DNA of 64,000 bases from an uncultured bacterium (lineage in GTDB: Bacteria; Acidobacteriota; Thermoanaerobaculia; Multivoradales; JAHZIX01), in contig CBDUPA010000004.1 in NCBI GenBank assembly GCA_965368975.1, forward strand, positions 192,001 through 256,000, given 5' to 3'. The translations under genes and the position numbers were made by a program. Position 1 is the stretch's first letter, and each line of letters opens with the position of its first letter. Positions 42,645-51,881 of this stretch are shown here, in pieces. Under the pieces are notes generated by a model that was not told the origin of the DNA, ran no database searches, and saw only the letters and a list, made by a program, of their open reading frames with translations.

Positions 42645-45107
42645 ATGATCGATCCGACAGCTCTGCTCTCTCTGCTCGCGGCGGGTACCGCCCCGGCGTT
42701 CTTCACCGAGCTGGCGATCCTGGTGGTGGCCGGTGCGCTGATCGCCTACATCTGCCATCGCTTGGGGTTGGTGCCCATCGTCGGCTTCCTGATCAGCGGT
42801 GTGTTGATCGGTCCGCACTGCCTGCGCTTCGTCACCGACCGCGAACTGGTGGACGCGGCAGCGGAGGTCGGGGTGATTCTGTTGCTGTTCACCATCGGCA
42901 TCGAGTTCAGCCTCGAAAAGCTGGCGCGCATCAAGAGCCTGATCTTCGGCGGCGGCGGACTGCAGGTCGGTCTGGCGACACTGGTCACGTGCGGTGCCCT
43001 GGGCTTCTTCGGCGTGCCGTGGAAGGCCGGCCTGTTCACCGGCTTCCTGGTGGCGCTGAGTTCGACGGCGATCGTGCTCAAACTGCTCGGCGAGCGCGGC
43101 GAGACGGACGCTCCGCACGGCCGCATCGGACTCGGGCTGCTGATCTTCCAGGACCTGGCGATCATCGTCATGGTGCTGCTGGTGCCGATCCTGGGCGCCG
43201 ATCCTGGCTCGATGGGCGGGGGCTCGATGGGTACGATCGGCCTGGCCCTGGCCAAGGCGGCCGGCATTGTCGTGCTGGTGCTGGTCGTGGCGCGACGCCT
43301 GATGCCGCCGTTGCTCGAGCGGGTCGCGCGGACGTGCTCCCCTGAACTCTTCTTGCTGACCCTGGTCGCCATCTGCTTTGGCACCGCCTACCTGACCTAC
43401 CTGGCGGGGGTGAGCCTGTCGCTGGGGGCTTTCCTGGCGGGCTTGCTGGTCAGTGAGAGTCACTTCAGTGAGCAGGCCCTGGGCGAGATCCTGCCGCTGC
43501 AAATCCTGTTCAGTGCCACCTTCTTCATCTCGGTCGGCATGCTGCTCGACCTGCGGTTTCTGGTCACCAACCTACCGCTGGTGTGCGGAGTAATCGTCTT
43601 TGTGCTGGCGATCAAGCTGCTGACCACGACGGTTAGTGTCGCGGTGCTGGGCTATCCGCGCAAACTGGCGCTGGCGTCGGGGCTGTTGCTGGCCCAGGTC
43701 GGTGAATTCTCCTTCGTGCTCGAGCGTGCGGGCCGGGAGATCGGGCTGTTTCCAGCGGCGATGAGCGAGAAGGGCTCGCAGGCCTTCATCGCCGCCACCG
43801 TCGTGCTGATGGTGGCGACGCCGTTTCTGGCCAAACTCGGCACCGCGCTGCTGCGCCGCTCGCCGACGCAAGGAGCGACCGCCGACGACGACACACCGGC
43901 ACCTGTGCCGGAGGATCTGCCACAGCTGAGCGACCACGTGGTGGTTTCGGGCTACGGCAACAGCGCCCGGCGGCTGGTACCGCGCCTTGTCGAAGCCAAG
44001 ATTCCGTTCCTCATCGTCACGCTCAGTCCGACGGCCGCCAACGAGGCCGAGTCGCTGGGCTATCCAATCGTTCGCGCCGACTCGACACGGCAGTACACAC
44101 AGCTGCTCGTCGGCCTCGATCGCGCCAAGCTGCTGATCATTGCCGACGACGATCCGGTGACCACGCAGCGCATCGCTGCGGTGGCACGTACGGTCAACCC
44201 GACGCTGTGCATCGTCGTCCGCACGCGCTATCTGACCGAGATCGAGAGCCTGCAGGAAGCCGGTGTCGACCGCGTGATCGCCGAGGAGTTGGAGAGCGTC
44301 GTGCAGCTGTTCGGCACCGTGCTGCGCAACTATGACCTGGGGGCGGAAGAGGTCGCGCGCCAGCAAGGCAAGCTGCGCCGCGAGGGCTACGCTGCCCTGC
44401 GTCGTCCACCCGGTGAAGCCGTAGATCCAGAGGCGCCGGTGATCGACTGCGAGCTCGACGACGACTGCCTGCACGTGCGCCGCGTGACCGTGCGTAAAGG
44501 CAGTCCGCTGGCCAGCCAGACCGCCAAGTCGCTGGCCTTGGGCGAGGACTACTTGCTGACCCTGCGTGCCATCGAGCGCAGCGGCGGAGGCCGCGACGAG
44601 CGTATCTTGGATCCGCAGGTGGCGCAGCGGACCAAGCTCCGCCCCGGCGATGAGCTCATCCTAGCTGGTGCCGCGGTGTCCTTCCAGCGTGCCGCGCACC
44701 TGTTCCGGCATCGCGGGCTCAGCGAGCAGGAACAACGATCGATGAGCGACGCCTACGAGCGCCTGCGTCGCGACATCGACGTGCACGAGACGATCCGCCT
44801 GCATCTGACGGCTGGCGACCCGGCGTCGATCGATCTGTCGGCCACCGGCTGCAGCCATCTCGACCAGGTACGGCCGGTGCAGCCTAGCGCACCCGGCTGT
44901 GAGCTGTGCCTGGCACACGGTGCGCAGTGGGTCCACACGCGCATCTGCATGACCTGCGGCTTCGTCGGTTGCTGTGACTCCTCGCCGGGTCGTCATGCCC
45001 GAGCACACTTCGAGGAAACCGGGCATCCGATCATCTGTTCTCTGGAACCGGGCGAGACGTGGGCTTGGTGCTATCACGAAGAGGTCCTGCTGGAGAACCT
45101 GAGATGA
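42645..45107 (+). CDS. Kef-type CPA2 cation:proton antiporter with TrkA-N, TrkA-C and C-terminal UBP-type zinc finger
   Basis: AEVGVILLLFTIGIEFS, ALSSTAIVLK, LIFQDL, LGAFLAG, QVGEFSFV; VSGYGNSAR; KGSPL...LRPGDEL; CSHL...CELC...WVHTRICMTCGFVGCCDSSPGRHARAH...WAWCY. Confidence 0.92.
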   Translation: MIDPTALLSLLAAGTAPAFFTELAILVVAGALIAYICHRLGLVPIVGFLISGVLIGPHCLRFVTDRELVDAAAEVGVILLLFTIGIEFSLEKLARIKSLIFGGGGLQVGLATLVTCGALGFFGVPWKAGLFTGFLVALSSTAIVLKLLGERGETDAPHGRIGLGLLIFQDLAIIVMVLLVPILGADPGSMGGGSMGTIGLALAKAAGIVVLVLVVARRLMPPLLERVARTCSPELFLLTLVAICFGTAYLTYLAGVSLSLGAFLAGLLVSESHFSEQALGEILPLQILFSATFFISVGMLLDLRFLVTNLPLVCGVIVFVLAIKLLTTTVSVAVLGYPRKLALASGLLLAQVGEFSFVLERAGREIGLFPAAMSEKGSQAFIAATVVLMVATPFLAKLGTALLRRSPTQGATADDDTPAPVPEDLPQLSDHVVVSGYGNSARRLVPRLVEAKIPFLIVTLSPTAANEAESLGYPIVRADSTRQYTQLLVGLDRAKLLIIADDDPVTTQRIAAVARTVNPTLCIVVRTRYLTEIESLQEAGVDRVIAEELESVVQLFGTVLRNYDLGAEEVARQQGKLRREGYAALRRPPGEAVDPEAPVIDCELDDDCLHVRRVTVRKGSPLASQTAKSLALGEDYLLTLRAIERSGGGRDERILDPQVAQRTKLRPGDELILAGAAVSFQRAAHLFRHRGLSEQEQRSMSDAYERLRRDIDVHETIRLHLTAGDPASIDLSATGCSHLDQVRPVQPSAPGCELCLAHGAQWVHTRICMTCGFVGCCDSSPGRHARAHFEETGHPIICSLEPGETWAWCYHEEVLLENLR

Positions 45108-46651
45108 GGGGTGCCAACTCCGGGAACCTGCCCGCGGGACACTTGCCCACGGGACACTTGCCCATGGGACACTGGTTCGAGACAGTGCTCGACGAGTTGC
45201 GCACTCTGCCTGTATTCGAGGGACTCGGCGAGAGCATTCTGGAATGGGTGGCTGCGCATGCGGAGCCGTTGGACTTGGCACCGGGAGATCTGCTGTTCGA
45301 AGCTGGTGATCCCGCCGAAGCGATGAATATCTTGCTCGAAGGCGAGCTGCAGTTCCACTTCGAAATCTCCGGCCAACTGGTGCCGATCGCGATCCAGGAG
45401 CGCGGTGAGGTCGGTGGCCTGCTGCCCTACTCGCGCATGACGGAGTACACCGGTCGCGCCGTCACCCTGGAGCCGACGCGCTGCCTGCGCATCCACAAGG
45501 ACCACTTCCCGGACATGCTGCACCGTTCCCCCGAGTTGGGGCAGCGGTTGGTGGCGATCATGTCCGACCGTGTGCGTCGGGCGACGCGCGCCGAGCAACA
45601 GCGCGAGAAGATGATGGCGCTGGGCAAGCTGTCGGCTGGGCTGGCCCACGAGCTGAACAACCCGGCGGCGGCGGTGCGCTCGACCGTCGACGAGCTGCAG
45701 CAGCGCTTGGAGCGCCTGCCTGAATGGGTGGCGCGCATGATGGAGCACGGCTTGACGCCCGACCAGGTGCGCCGGGCCGGGGTGCTGCAGAAGCCGCGCG
45801 GCGAGCCGCTCCCGCTTTCGAGTCTGGAACGCGGTGAGCGCGAAGACGAAGTGGGTGACTGGCTGGAAGAGCACGGCATCGAAGACGGCTGGCGCCTGGC
45901 CGAGACGCTGGTCGAGGAAGGGCTAGGGGTCGCCTGCCTGGAGCAGCTGTCGTCCGAGCTGCCCGCGGAGGCACTGCCCGACGTCTTGGTCTGGATGGAA
46001 GGTGGTCTCGCCGCACGCCGGCTGCTGGAGGACGTCAGTGCCGCGACCGGCCGCATCTCCGAGCTGGTCGCCGCGATCAAGCAGTATTCGCACATGGATC
46101 GCGCACCGGACAAGCAGCTCACGGATGTTCCTGCGGGTCTCGAAGCCACGCTCACCATGCTGGGTCACAAGCTCAAGCGGAACGGCATCGAGGTCCGTCG
46201 CACGTACGCGCCGGACTTACCACGCATCCCGGCGTTTCCTGGTGAGCTGAACCAGGTGTGGACCAATCTGATCGACAATGCCATCGATGCGATGCTGCAA
46301 CCCAGCAGGGACGAGCATGGCCGACCGGAAGCCCCCACCCCCAAGCTGGTCGCATCCCGGCTCGACATCTCGGCCGACGTGCGTAGCGACTGTGTGCGCG
46401 TGTGCATAGTCGACAACGGTCCAGGTGTCCCCGAAGACATCCAGTCGCGTATCTTCGAGCCTTTCTTCACCACCAAGGCGGTAGGCGCTGGCACCGGGCT
46501 GGGTCTCGACATCGTCCGGCGCATCGTTCACGACCAGCACGGTGGCTCGGTCGAGATCGACAGTGCCCCCGGCCGCACTGCCTTCAGCGTCTGGCTGCCT
46601 CTCGCCGCCACTGATGCAGGTGCGACGCAGGCACCAGAGGAGGGAGCGTGA
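45104..46651 (+). CDS. Cytoplasmic histidine kinase with N-terminal cyclic-nucleotide-binding-like domain
   Basis: [17 protein letters not shown]...[10 protein letters not shown]; H box LAHELNNP; [28 protein letters not shown]; no TM segment. ATGA overlap with the upstream gene. Confidence 0.92.
   Translation: MRGANSGNLPAGHLPTGHLPMGHWFETVLDELRTLPVFEGLGESILEWVAAHAEPLDLAPGDLLFEAGDPAEAMNILLEGELQFHFEISGQLVPIAIQERGEVGGLLPYSRMTEYTGRAVTLEPTRCLRIHKDHFPDMLHRSPELGQRLVAIMSDRVRRATRAEQQREKMMALGKLSAGLAHELNNPAAAVRSTVDELQQRLERLPEWVARMMEHGLTPDQVRRAGVLQKPRGEPLPLSSLERGEREDEVGDWLEEHGIEDGWRLAETLVEEGLGVACLEQLSSELPAEALPDVLVWMEGGLAARRLLEDVSAATGRISELVAAIKQYSHMDRAPDKQLTDVPAGLEATLTMLGHKLKRNGIEVRRTYAPDLPRIPAFPGELNQVWTNLIDNAIDAMLQPSRDEHGRPEAPTPKLVASRLDISADVRSDCVRVCIVDNGPGVPEDIQSRIFEPFFTTKAVGAGTGLGLDIVRRIVHDQHGGSVEIDSAPGRTAFSVWLPLAATDAGATQAPEEGA
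45121..45174. repeat. 15-bp tandem repeat (about 3.5 units) encoding [18 protein letters not shown]
   Basis: Unit GGGACACTTGCCCAC read directly from the sequence. Confidence 0.8.
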
Positions 46652-47982
46652 TCGAGCGTTGGTTCGGTGTTCAGGCCGCGGGGTCGACGGTCAGCCGTGA
46701 GGTTCTGGGTGGAGTCACCACTTTTCTCACCATGGCCTACATCATCGTGGTCAATCCGGTCTTTCTCACCGCTGCCGGAATCCCGCAAGAAGGTGCGGTG
46801 CTGGCCACCTGCGTCGCCGCTGCAGTGGCCACGTTGCTGATGGGGCTGCTGGCGAATTATCCCATCGCACTTGCTCCCGGCATGGGGCTCAATGCCTTCT
46901 TCGCCTACACCGTGTGCCTGGGTGCCGGTATCCCGTGGCAGACGGCGCTCGGCCTGGTGTTCTGGGCCGGTATCGTCTTCTTGTTGCTCACCGTCACCGG
47001 CATTCGCCGACGCATCACCGAGGCGGTGCCGGCGACGCTGCGTCTCGCGGGTGCCGCGGGCATCGGCCTGTTCATCGCCTTCATCGGTCTGCAACAAGCC
47101 GGGCTCGTGCGCGCTGACGACAACACCATGGTGGCGCTCGGTGATCTGCACCAGCCAGCCACGCGCCTGGCGCTGGCCGGCCTGGTCCTGACCCTGATCC
47201 TGACCGTCGCCGGTGTGCGTATCGCCATCTTCCTCGGCCTCGCCGCGACCACCCTCGCTGGCCTCCTGCTGGGTCTTCTCAGCACTCCCGAGAGCTGGGT
47301 GCACGTGCCGAGCCTCGACTTCCCCGGCCTGCAGATCGATCTGCTGGGGGCGTTGAACCCCAAGTACCTGCCGCTACTGCTGGTCATCGTCTTCTTCGAC
47401 ATCTTCGACACGTTGGGTACCTTGATGGGCATCGGTCATGAAGGTGGCTTCTTGCGTGATGGCGAGCTGCCACGCTTGGGCAAGGCGCTCACCGCCGATT
47501 CGGTGGGGTCGGTCACGGGGGCGCTCTTCGGCACTTCCACCGTCACTTCCTATATCGAGAGCGCCACCGGCGTCGGCGTCGGGGCACGCACGGGTCTGGC
47601 CAATGTGGTCACCGCTGGCTTGTTCCTGCTAGCTCCCGTCTTCACGCCGCTTGCCACGGTGGTCGGGCAGGGGGCCGTGGGTCCGGACGGTGAAGGTGGC
47701 CTGAATCCGGTCACCGCGCCAGCTCTGATCCTGGTCGGTGCACTGATGATGCGGGCCGTCGGCGAGATCGACTGGCAGGACGCCACTGAAGCGCTGCCGG
47801 CCTTCCTGACAGCGTTGCTGATGCCGCTCACCTTCAGCATCTCCTACGGCCTGGCGGCCGGCATTGTGGTCTACGTGCTGGCCAAGGTCACTGCCGGTCG
47901 ACGCCGCGAGGTCCACCCTCTACTGGCAGTCCTGGCCGCAGTCTTCGCCCTCTGGTACTCCCTCACGGCCGTTCTGTCCTGA
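46648..47982 (+). CDS. NCS2/AzgA-family nucleobase (purine) permease
   Basis: GVTTFLTMAYIIVVNP, APGMGLNAFF, FDTLGTL, TVTSYIESATG, ARTGL, MPLTFSI. GTGA overlap with the kinase. Confidence 0.93.
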   Translation: MIERWFGVQAAGSTVSREVLGGVTTFLTMAYIIVVNPVFLTAAGIPQEGAVLATCVAAAVATLLMGLLANYPIALAPGMGLNAFFAYTVCLGAGIPWQTALGLVFWAGIVFLLLTVTGIRRRITEAVPATLRLAGAAGIGLFIAFIGLQQAGLVRADDNTMVALGDLHQPATRLALAGLVLTLILTVAGVRIAIFLGLAATTLAGLLLGLLSTPESWVHVPSLDFPGLQIDLLGALNPKYLPLLLVIVFFDIFDTLGTLMGIGHEGGFLRDGELPRLGKALTADSVGSVTGALFGTSTVTSYIESATGVGVGARTGLANVVTAGLFLLAPVFTPLATVVGQGAVGPDGEGGLNPVTAPALILVGALMMRAVGEIDWQDATEALPAFLTALLMPLTFSISYGLAAGIVVYVLAKVTAGRRREVHPLLAVLAAVFALWYSLTAVLS

Positions 47983-48062
47983 GTCGGCCCAGCGCCAAGT
48001 CCTTGCCGTCCGGGCTGCCGCGGCCGCTCGCGATATCATGAGCCACGGAGGGGGCGTCCGGA

Positions 48063-49718
48063 ATGGATCGAATCGGTAAGTACGAGCTGCAGAGATTCCT
48101 CGGAGAGGGTGGCTTTGGCCGCGTCTACGAGGCGTTCGATCCTGCGCTGGAGCGGCGAGTGGCGATCAAGACCTGTCACCGCCGAGGTGAGGAAGGCGAA
48201 GAGGATCGCGAGCGCTTCCTACGCGAAGCGCGCATCGCCGCCAAGCTCGACCACGAGAACATCACCAAGATCTTCGACCTCGGCTACGACGAAGAGCACG
48301 ATGTCGAGTACGTGGTGCAGGAGTACCTGGCCGGCCAGGATCTGCAGCAGATGATCCACACGCGTGCCGCCGTGCCGCACGCGGTTCGCGTCCACTACTT
48401 GTGCCAGATCGCGGCTGGTCTCGAGCACGCTCACCGGCATCACGTGGTCCATCGAGACGTCAAGCCGACCAACATCCGCGTCCTGCCGGACCACCGCATC
48501 AAGATTCTCGACTTCGGCATCGCCAAGGAGATGGTGGGGGACGCCCGGGGTGACCTCACTGGTACCGGCGTGACCATGGGGACGCTGGCCTACTCGGCGC
48601 CAGAGCAGATCTACAGCAGCCGACGGGCCGATGCCCGCGCCGATATCTTCTCGTTCGGCGTTGTCGCCTACGAGCTACTGGCCTACGAGCACCCCTTCCC
48701 GGGCGGCAACCTGGTGCACAAGATCCAGCACGCCGAACCGCGACCGCTACGGGAGCATTGGCCGGAGTGCCCGTCGGGCTTGGTGCGGCTGGTGCACGCG
48801 TGCCTACGCAAGCGGCGGCAGGAGCGCTACCAGAGTTTCACCGGGTTGCGGCCCGTGCTGCTCAGCCAGGCCGCGCAGTTCACCGAAGAACTGGACGCGT
48901 TTCTGCGCGACGCCCCGCGGCTGACCAGCCTCTCAGCGCTGGTGCACGAGCGCGACGTGATGCCCACGCACTCCATGGATCGGCGGTATACGACCGGCCG
49001 CAAGCTGCCACCGCCGCCCGCGTCGCCAGCTCCCTACTCACCTTCGCTGGAGGCACCTTCGCCCGACGTACACGGGCGCGAAGAGCTGCCGCCACCGCCA
49101 GCACTCGACGACCCTATTTCTGCCGCGCCGGTTTCTCATGGCACGGCGATCGCCGCGGCCTTGCCGCCGCCGGCACCGCCGGGCCGTGCTCCAGTCGTTG
49201 ACGTGGTCTCGCCGGTGTCCGCGAACCGGCTGCCACGTGGTCTGCTGCTGGTGTCGCTGGCCGTGGTGGTGCTGACCTTCGTCGGACTCACCTGGCGCTC
49301 TTCGACGCGCACCAACGCGTCGCCGCCGGTCCAGGACGCGACCGCTGCCGCCGCCCCGGGTGCCGGCGCCGCCGAAGCCGCCGTCACGCCAGAGTTGCCG
49401 CGCCTGCGCCTGACTCTGGCAGTGGTCGAGGCCGGTGTCCAACTGCGCGCCGTACCCCCGGCACGGCCACTTGCGGCCAAGATGGAGCGCTACCAGATTT
49501 TCCGCCAGCCGGCCTGGAGTTTCGGTGAGCGTCAGTACATCGCTGGCCGGCCGTCAGCGCCCTTGACCTGGGTCGACGAGCGGGATCTGGTACCGGGCAC
49601 CCTCTACCGCTACTATGTCGAGGTCGTGAGTCCGGAGCGCCAACCCCTGGCACGCTCGTCGGCGGTCGAGATCGCCTTCGAGGAGTCGTTCTCGCAGTTA
49701 CCTGAGCCGGAGTCCTGA
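48063..49718 (+). CDS. Hanks-type Ser/Thr protein kinase with Pro-rich linker, one TM and an extracytoplasmic FN3-like domain
   Basis: GEGGFG, VAIK, HRDVKPTN, DFG, GTLAYSAPE; TM LLLVSLAVVVLTFVGLTW; YQIFR...WVDERDLVPGTLYRYYV. Confidence 0.92.
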   Translation: MDRIGKYELQRFLGEGGFGRVYEAFDPALERRVAIKTCHRRGEEGEEDRERFLREARIAAKLDHENITKIFDLGYDEEHDVEYVVQEYLAGQDLQQMIHTRAAVPHAVRVHYLCQIAAGLEHAHRHHVVHRDVKPTNIRVLPDHRIKILDFGIAKEMVGDARGDLTGTGVTMGTLAYSAPEQIYSSRRADARADIFSFGVVAYELLAYEHPFPGGNLVHKIQHAEPRPLREHWPECPSGLVRLVHACLRKRRQERYQSFTGLRPVLLSQAAQFTEELDAFLRDAPRLTSLSALVHERDVMPTHSMDRRYTTGRKLPPPPASPAPYSPSLEAPSPDVHGREELPPPPALDDPISAAPVSHGTAIAAALPPPAPPGRAPVVDVVSPVSANRLPRGLLLVSLAVVVLTFVGLTWRSSTRTNASPPVQDATAAAAPGAGAAEAAVTPELPRLRLTLAVVEAGVQLRAVPPARPLAAKMERYQIFRQPAWSFGERQYIAGRPSAPLTWVDERDLVPGTLYRYYVEVVSPERQPLARSSAVEIAFEESFSQLPEPES

Positions 49719-51673
49719 TGCACCGAATCACCCGTATCCAGCTGCGTTGCTTTGCCGTCTGCTGCCAATTCGCGCTGATCGCCGTTGTCGGCCTGCTGCC
49801 GGCAGGTGCCCAGGCGCAGACGGTGACCGAGCTGCGGCTGGAGTTCGGGCAGGCGGGGCTCGAAGTGAGCCTGGACGGCAAGACGGTGGGGACGACCAAT
49901 GGAGAAGGCCGGCTGGTGATCCGAGTCGAGGTGGTGGACGGGCAAGTGCTAGTCGTCGAGGCCGTTGGCCCGACGGTCGAAGCGCACGTCGAACGCCGGA
50001 TTCTGGAGGCGGGGGTGCCGGACACCTGGTTGCTCGATGGCGAGCTGCGGCGCCGGCAGCTGCCAGGGCGAGACAGCGCACCGTCGACCGCTGCCGCCGA
50101 CGAACCGCCGAGTCGAGCTGATGCCCAACCGACCGCAGCGCCGCAACTGACTGCAGCGCCGCAACCGAACGAGGCACCGACCAAGCCCGAACCTCTTGTT
50201 GCAGCACCGCCCTCTCCGCAGCCGCGGCAGAACCAGGATCCGTGCGCGGATCCGTCCAGCTTCGGCTGCCTGCAGCACCAGCTACGCGAGCTCGAGAGCG
50301 ATCTGGAGACCGGCGACTGCCGTGCCGCGCTGCCCCGCCTCGAAGCCCTGTTGCTGCCGGCTGACGTCGCGCCGCATCTCGACGCCGTGCAGCAGATCGC
50401 CGGTTGGTATCTGCGCTGTGGTGTTCGCCAAGACGAAGCCGAGTGGTTGCACCGAGCCGTCGACTTGCTGGAAGCGGCGCCGCGCTTGCCGTGCCAGGCG
50501 CGGCGTGCTCGTCAGCTGGCCGCGGCATACGAGACGCTAGCTGCGTCCGGACCTCGCACGGACGTACCCGTGGTGCTGGAACGCGCGGTTCGGTACTTCG
50601 ACGCCGCCAGGCAGCGCTGCGGCGACGCGGCCCGCGTTTCCCTGGAGTGGCAGCTGTACTTCCTGCTCGCTGCGGGTGAGGCCTCCCGTGCACTGGAAGC
50701 TGCGGCCTCCGCCGGGCCGCAGGAGCCAGGCTTCCAGGCCTTCGTGCACGCGTGGGCCCTGGTTGTCGCCGGCGTCGACGACGCGTCCCGCCCGCAGGCC
50801 TGCACCGGTGCCGTCGACCTCGCGGAGCGGGGCGAGCCGCTGCCATGCCGCGGTCTGCCGCAGGCCTACTGTCGCGAGCAGGTCGGGCTGGCGTTGGTGC
50901 GCTGCGCACAGGATCGAGACGCGCATCTGCGGGCGGCCGTGTACCTGACGCCGCTCGTTGACAGCGGTGAGCCGTCCCTGTGGCTGCGGCGCTGGGTCGC
51001 AGAGAGCTGGCTGCAGGGCGAGGACTTCGCCGCTGCCGCGCAGCACTACCACGACTTGCTCGCGGCTATCGAGGCCCGCGGCGAGACACCGCCGTCGGCC
51101 GATGCCCGGCGTTACGGCGACGCGGTGCTGTTCTGGCGTCAGGCAGATGCCGAAGCCTTGCTGGCTGCCAGTGATGCCTATCGCCGGGCAGCGACCGAAG
51201 ATGTGCTGACCACCCGACAGCAGGTTCTGTTGCTCAACAACCGTAGCGTGCTCCTGTTACGTTTGGCGCAACAGGCTGCCGGAACCAGCTCGGATGCGCA
51301 ACTCGCAGATGCGTTGAAGGAGGCCTTGGTGCTGCTGGAGAGGGCTGCTGCCCGACTGCCGCAGGCGGCTCCTCGAAGCGATGGTGGGGCAGACACAGGT
51401 GGTGCCGCGACCTCGGTAGATGAACGGCTGGCGATCGTGCTTCGGCTCAACTTGGCACGCGTGGGACTGGCTCTGGCGCGGTGGCGGCAGGCGGAAGATC
51501 CACGCGCCGCCTACCAGGAGATGAAGCGGGCCGAAGCCTACTTGCAGCAGCTGCAGCTGGATCCGGCGTCAGCGACCAGCCCGGTGCTCCGCGAGGCGGA
51601 TGAAGTCTGGCGTCTCGGTTCGGACTTCATCGCCATCGTGCCCGCGGACCCGTTCCCCGCGTCGTCGCCGTAG
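49718..51673 (+). CDS. Exported hypothetical protein with PEGA-like N-terminus and Cys-rich TPR-like helical repeats
   Basis: Signal peptide ending AQA-Q; AGLEVSLDGKTVGTT; P/A-rich linker; Ala/Leu-rich helices (AESWLQGEDFAAAAQHYHDLL). TGATG overlap with the kinase. Confidence 0.7.
   Translation: MHRITRIQLRCFAVCCQFALIAVVGLLPAGAQAQTVTELRLEFGQAGLEVSLDGKTVGTTNGEGRLVIRVEVVDGQVLVVEAVGPTVEAHVERRILEAGVPDTWLLDGELRRRQLPGRDSAPSTAAADEPPSRADAQPTAAPQLTAAPQPNEAPTKPEPLVAAPPSPQPRQNQDPCADPSSFGCLQHQLRELESDLETGDCRAALPRLEALLLPADVAPHLDAVQQIAGWYLRCGVRQDEAEWLHRAVDLLEAAPRLPCQARRARQLAAAYETLAASGPRTDVPVVLERAVRYFDAARQRCGDAARVSLEWQLYFLLAAGEASRALEAAASAGPQEPGFQAFVHAWALVVAGVDDASRPQACTGAVDLAERGEPLPCRGLPQAYCREQVGLALVRCAQDRDAHLRAAVYLTPLVDSGEPSLWLRRWVAESWLQGEDFAAAAQHYHDLLAAIEARGETPPSADARRYGDAVLFWRQADAEALLAASDAYRRAATEDVLTTRQQVLLLNNRSVLLLRLAQQAAGTSSDAQLADALKEALVLLERAAARLPQAAPRSDGGADTGGAATSVDERLAIVLRLNLARVGLALARWRQAEDPRAAYQEMKRAEAYLQQLQLDPASATSPVLREADEVWRLGSDFIAIVPADPFPASSP
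50126..50179. repeat. 18-bp imperfect tandem repeat x3 (QPTAAP-QLTAAP-QPNEAP)
   Basis: CAACCGACCGCAGCGCCG / CAACTGACTGCAGCGCCG / CAACCGAACGAGGCACCG. Confidence 0.7.
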
Positions 51674-51881
51674 CTCGGGCGGTCCGCACGCTGCTGGTGG
51701 CGCTGGGTTCCCGGCCGCGGGGTTAGCTCTCGATCGCGTGAACGGTAGATAGCGCGAGGGGTATGATGTCAGGGGTGCGAGAGAGGTATCCTGTGCACAG
51801 CGTTGGTCGCGGTGTACGTCCAGGCGGCTCTCTGTGAGCTGACGCTCTCGTCCGTTCCCCGTCTCGGGAGGCTCGTTCCAA

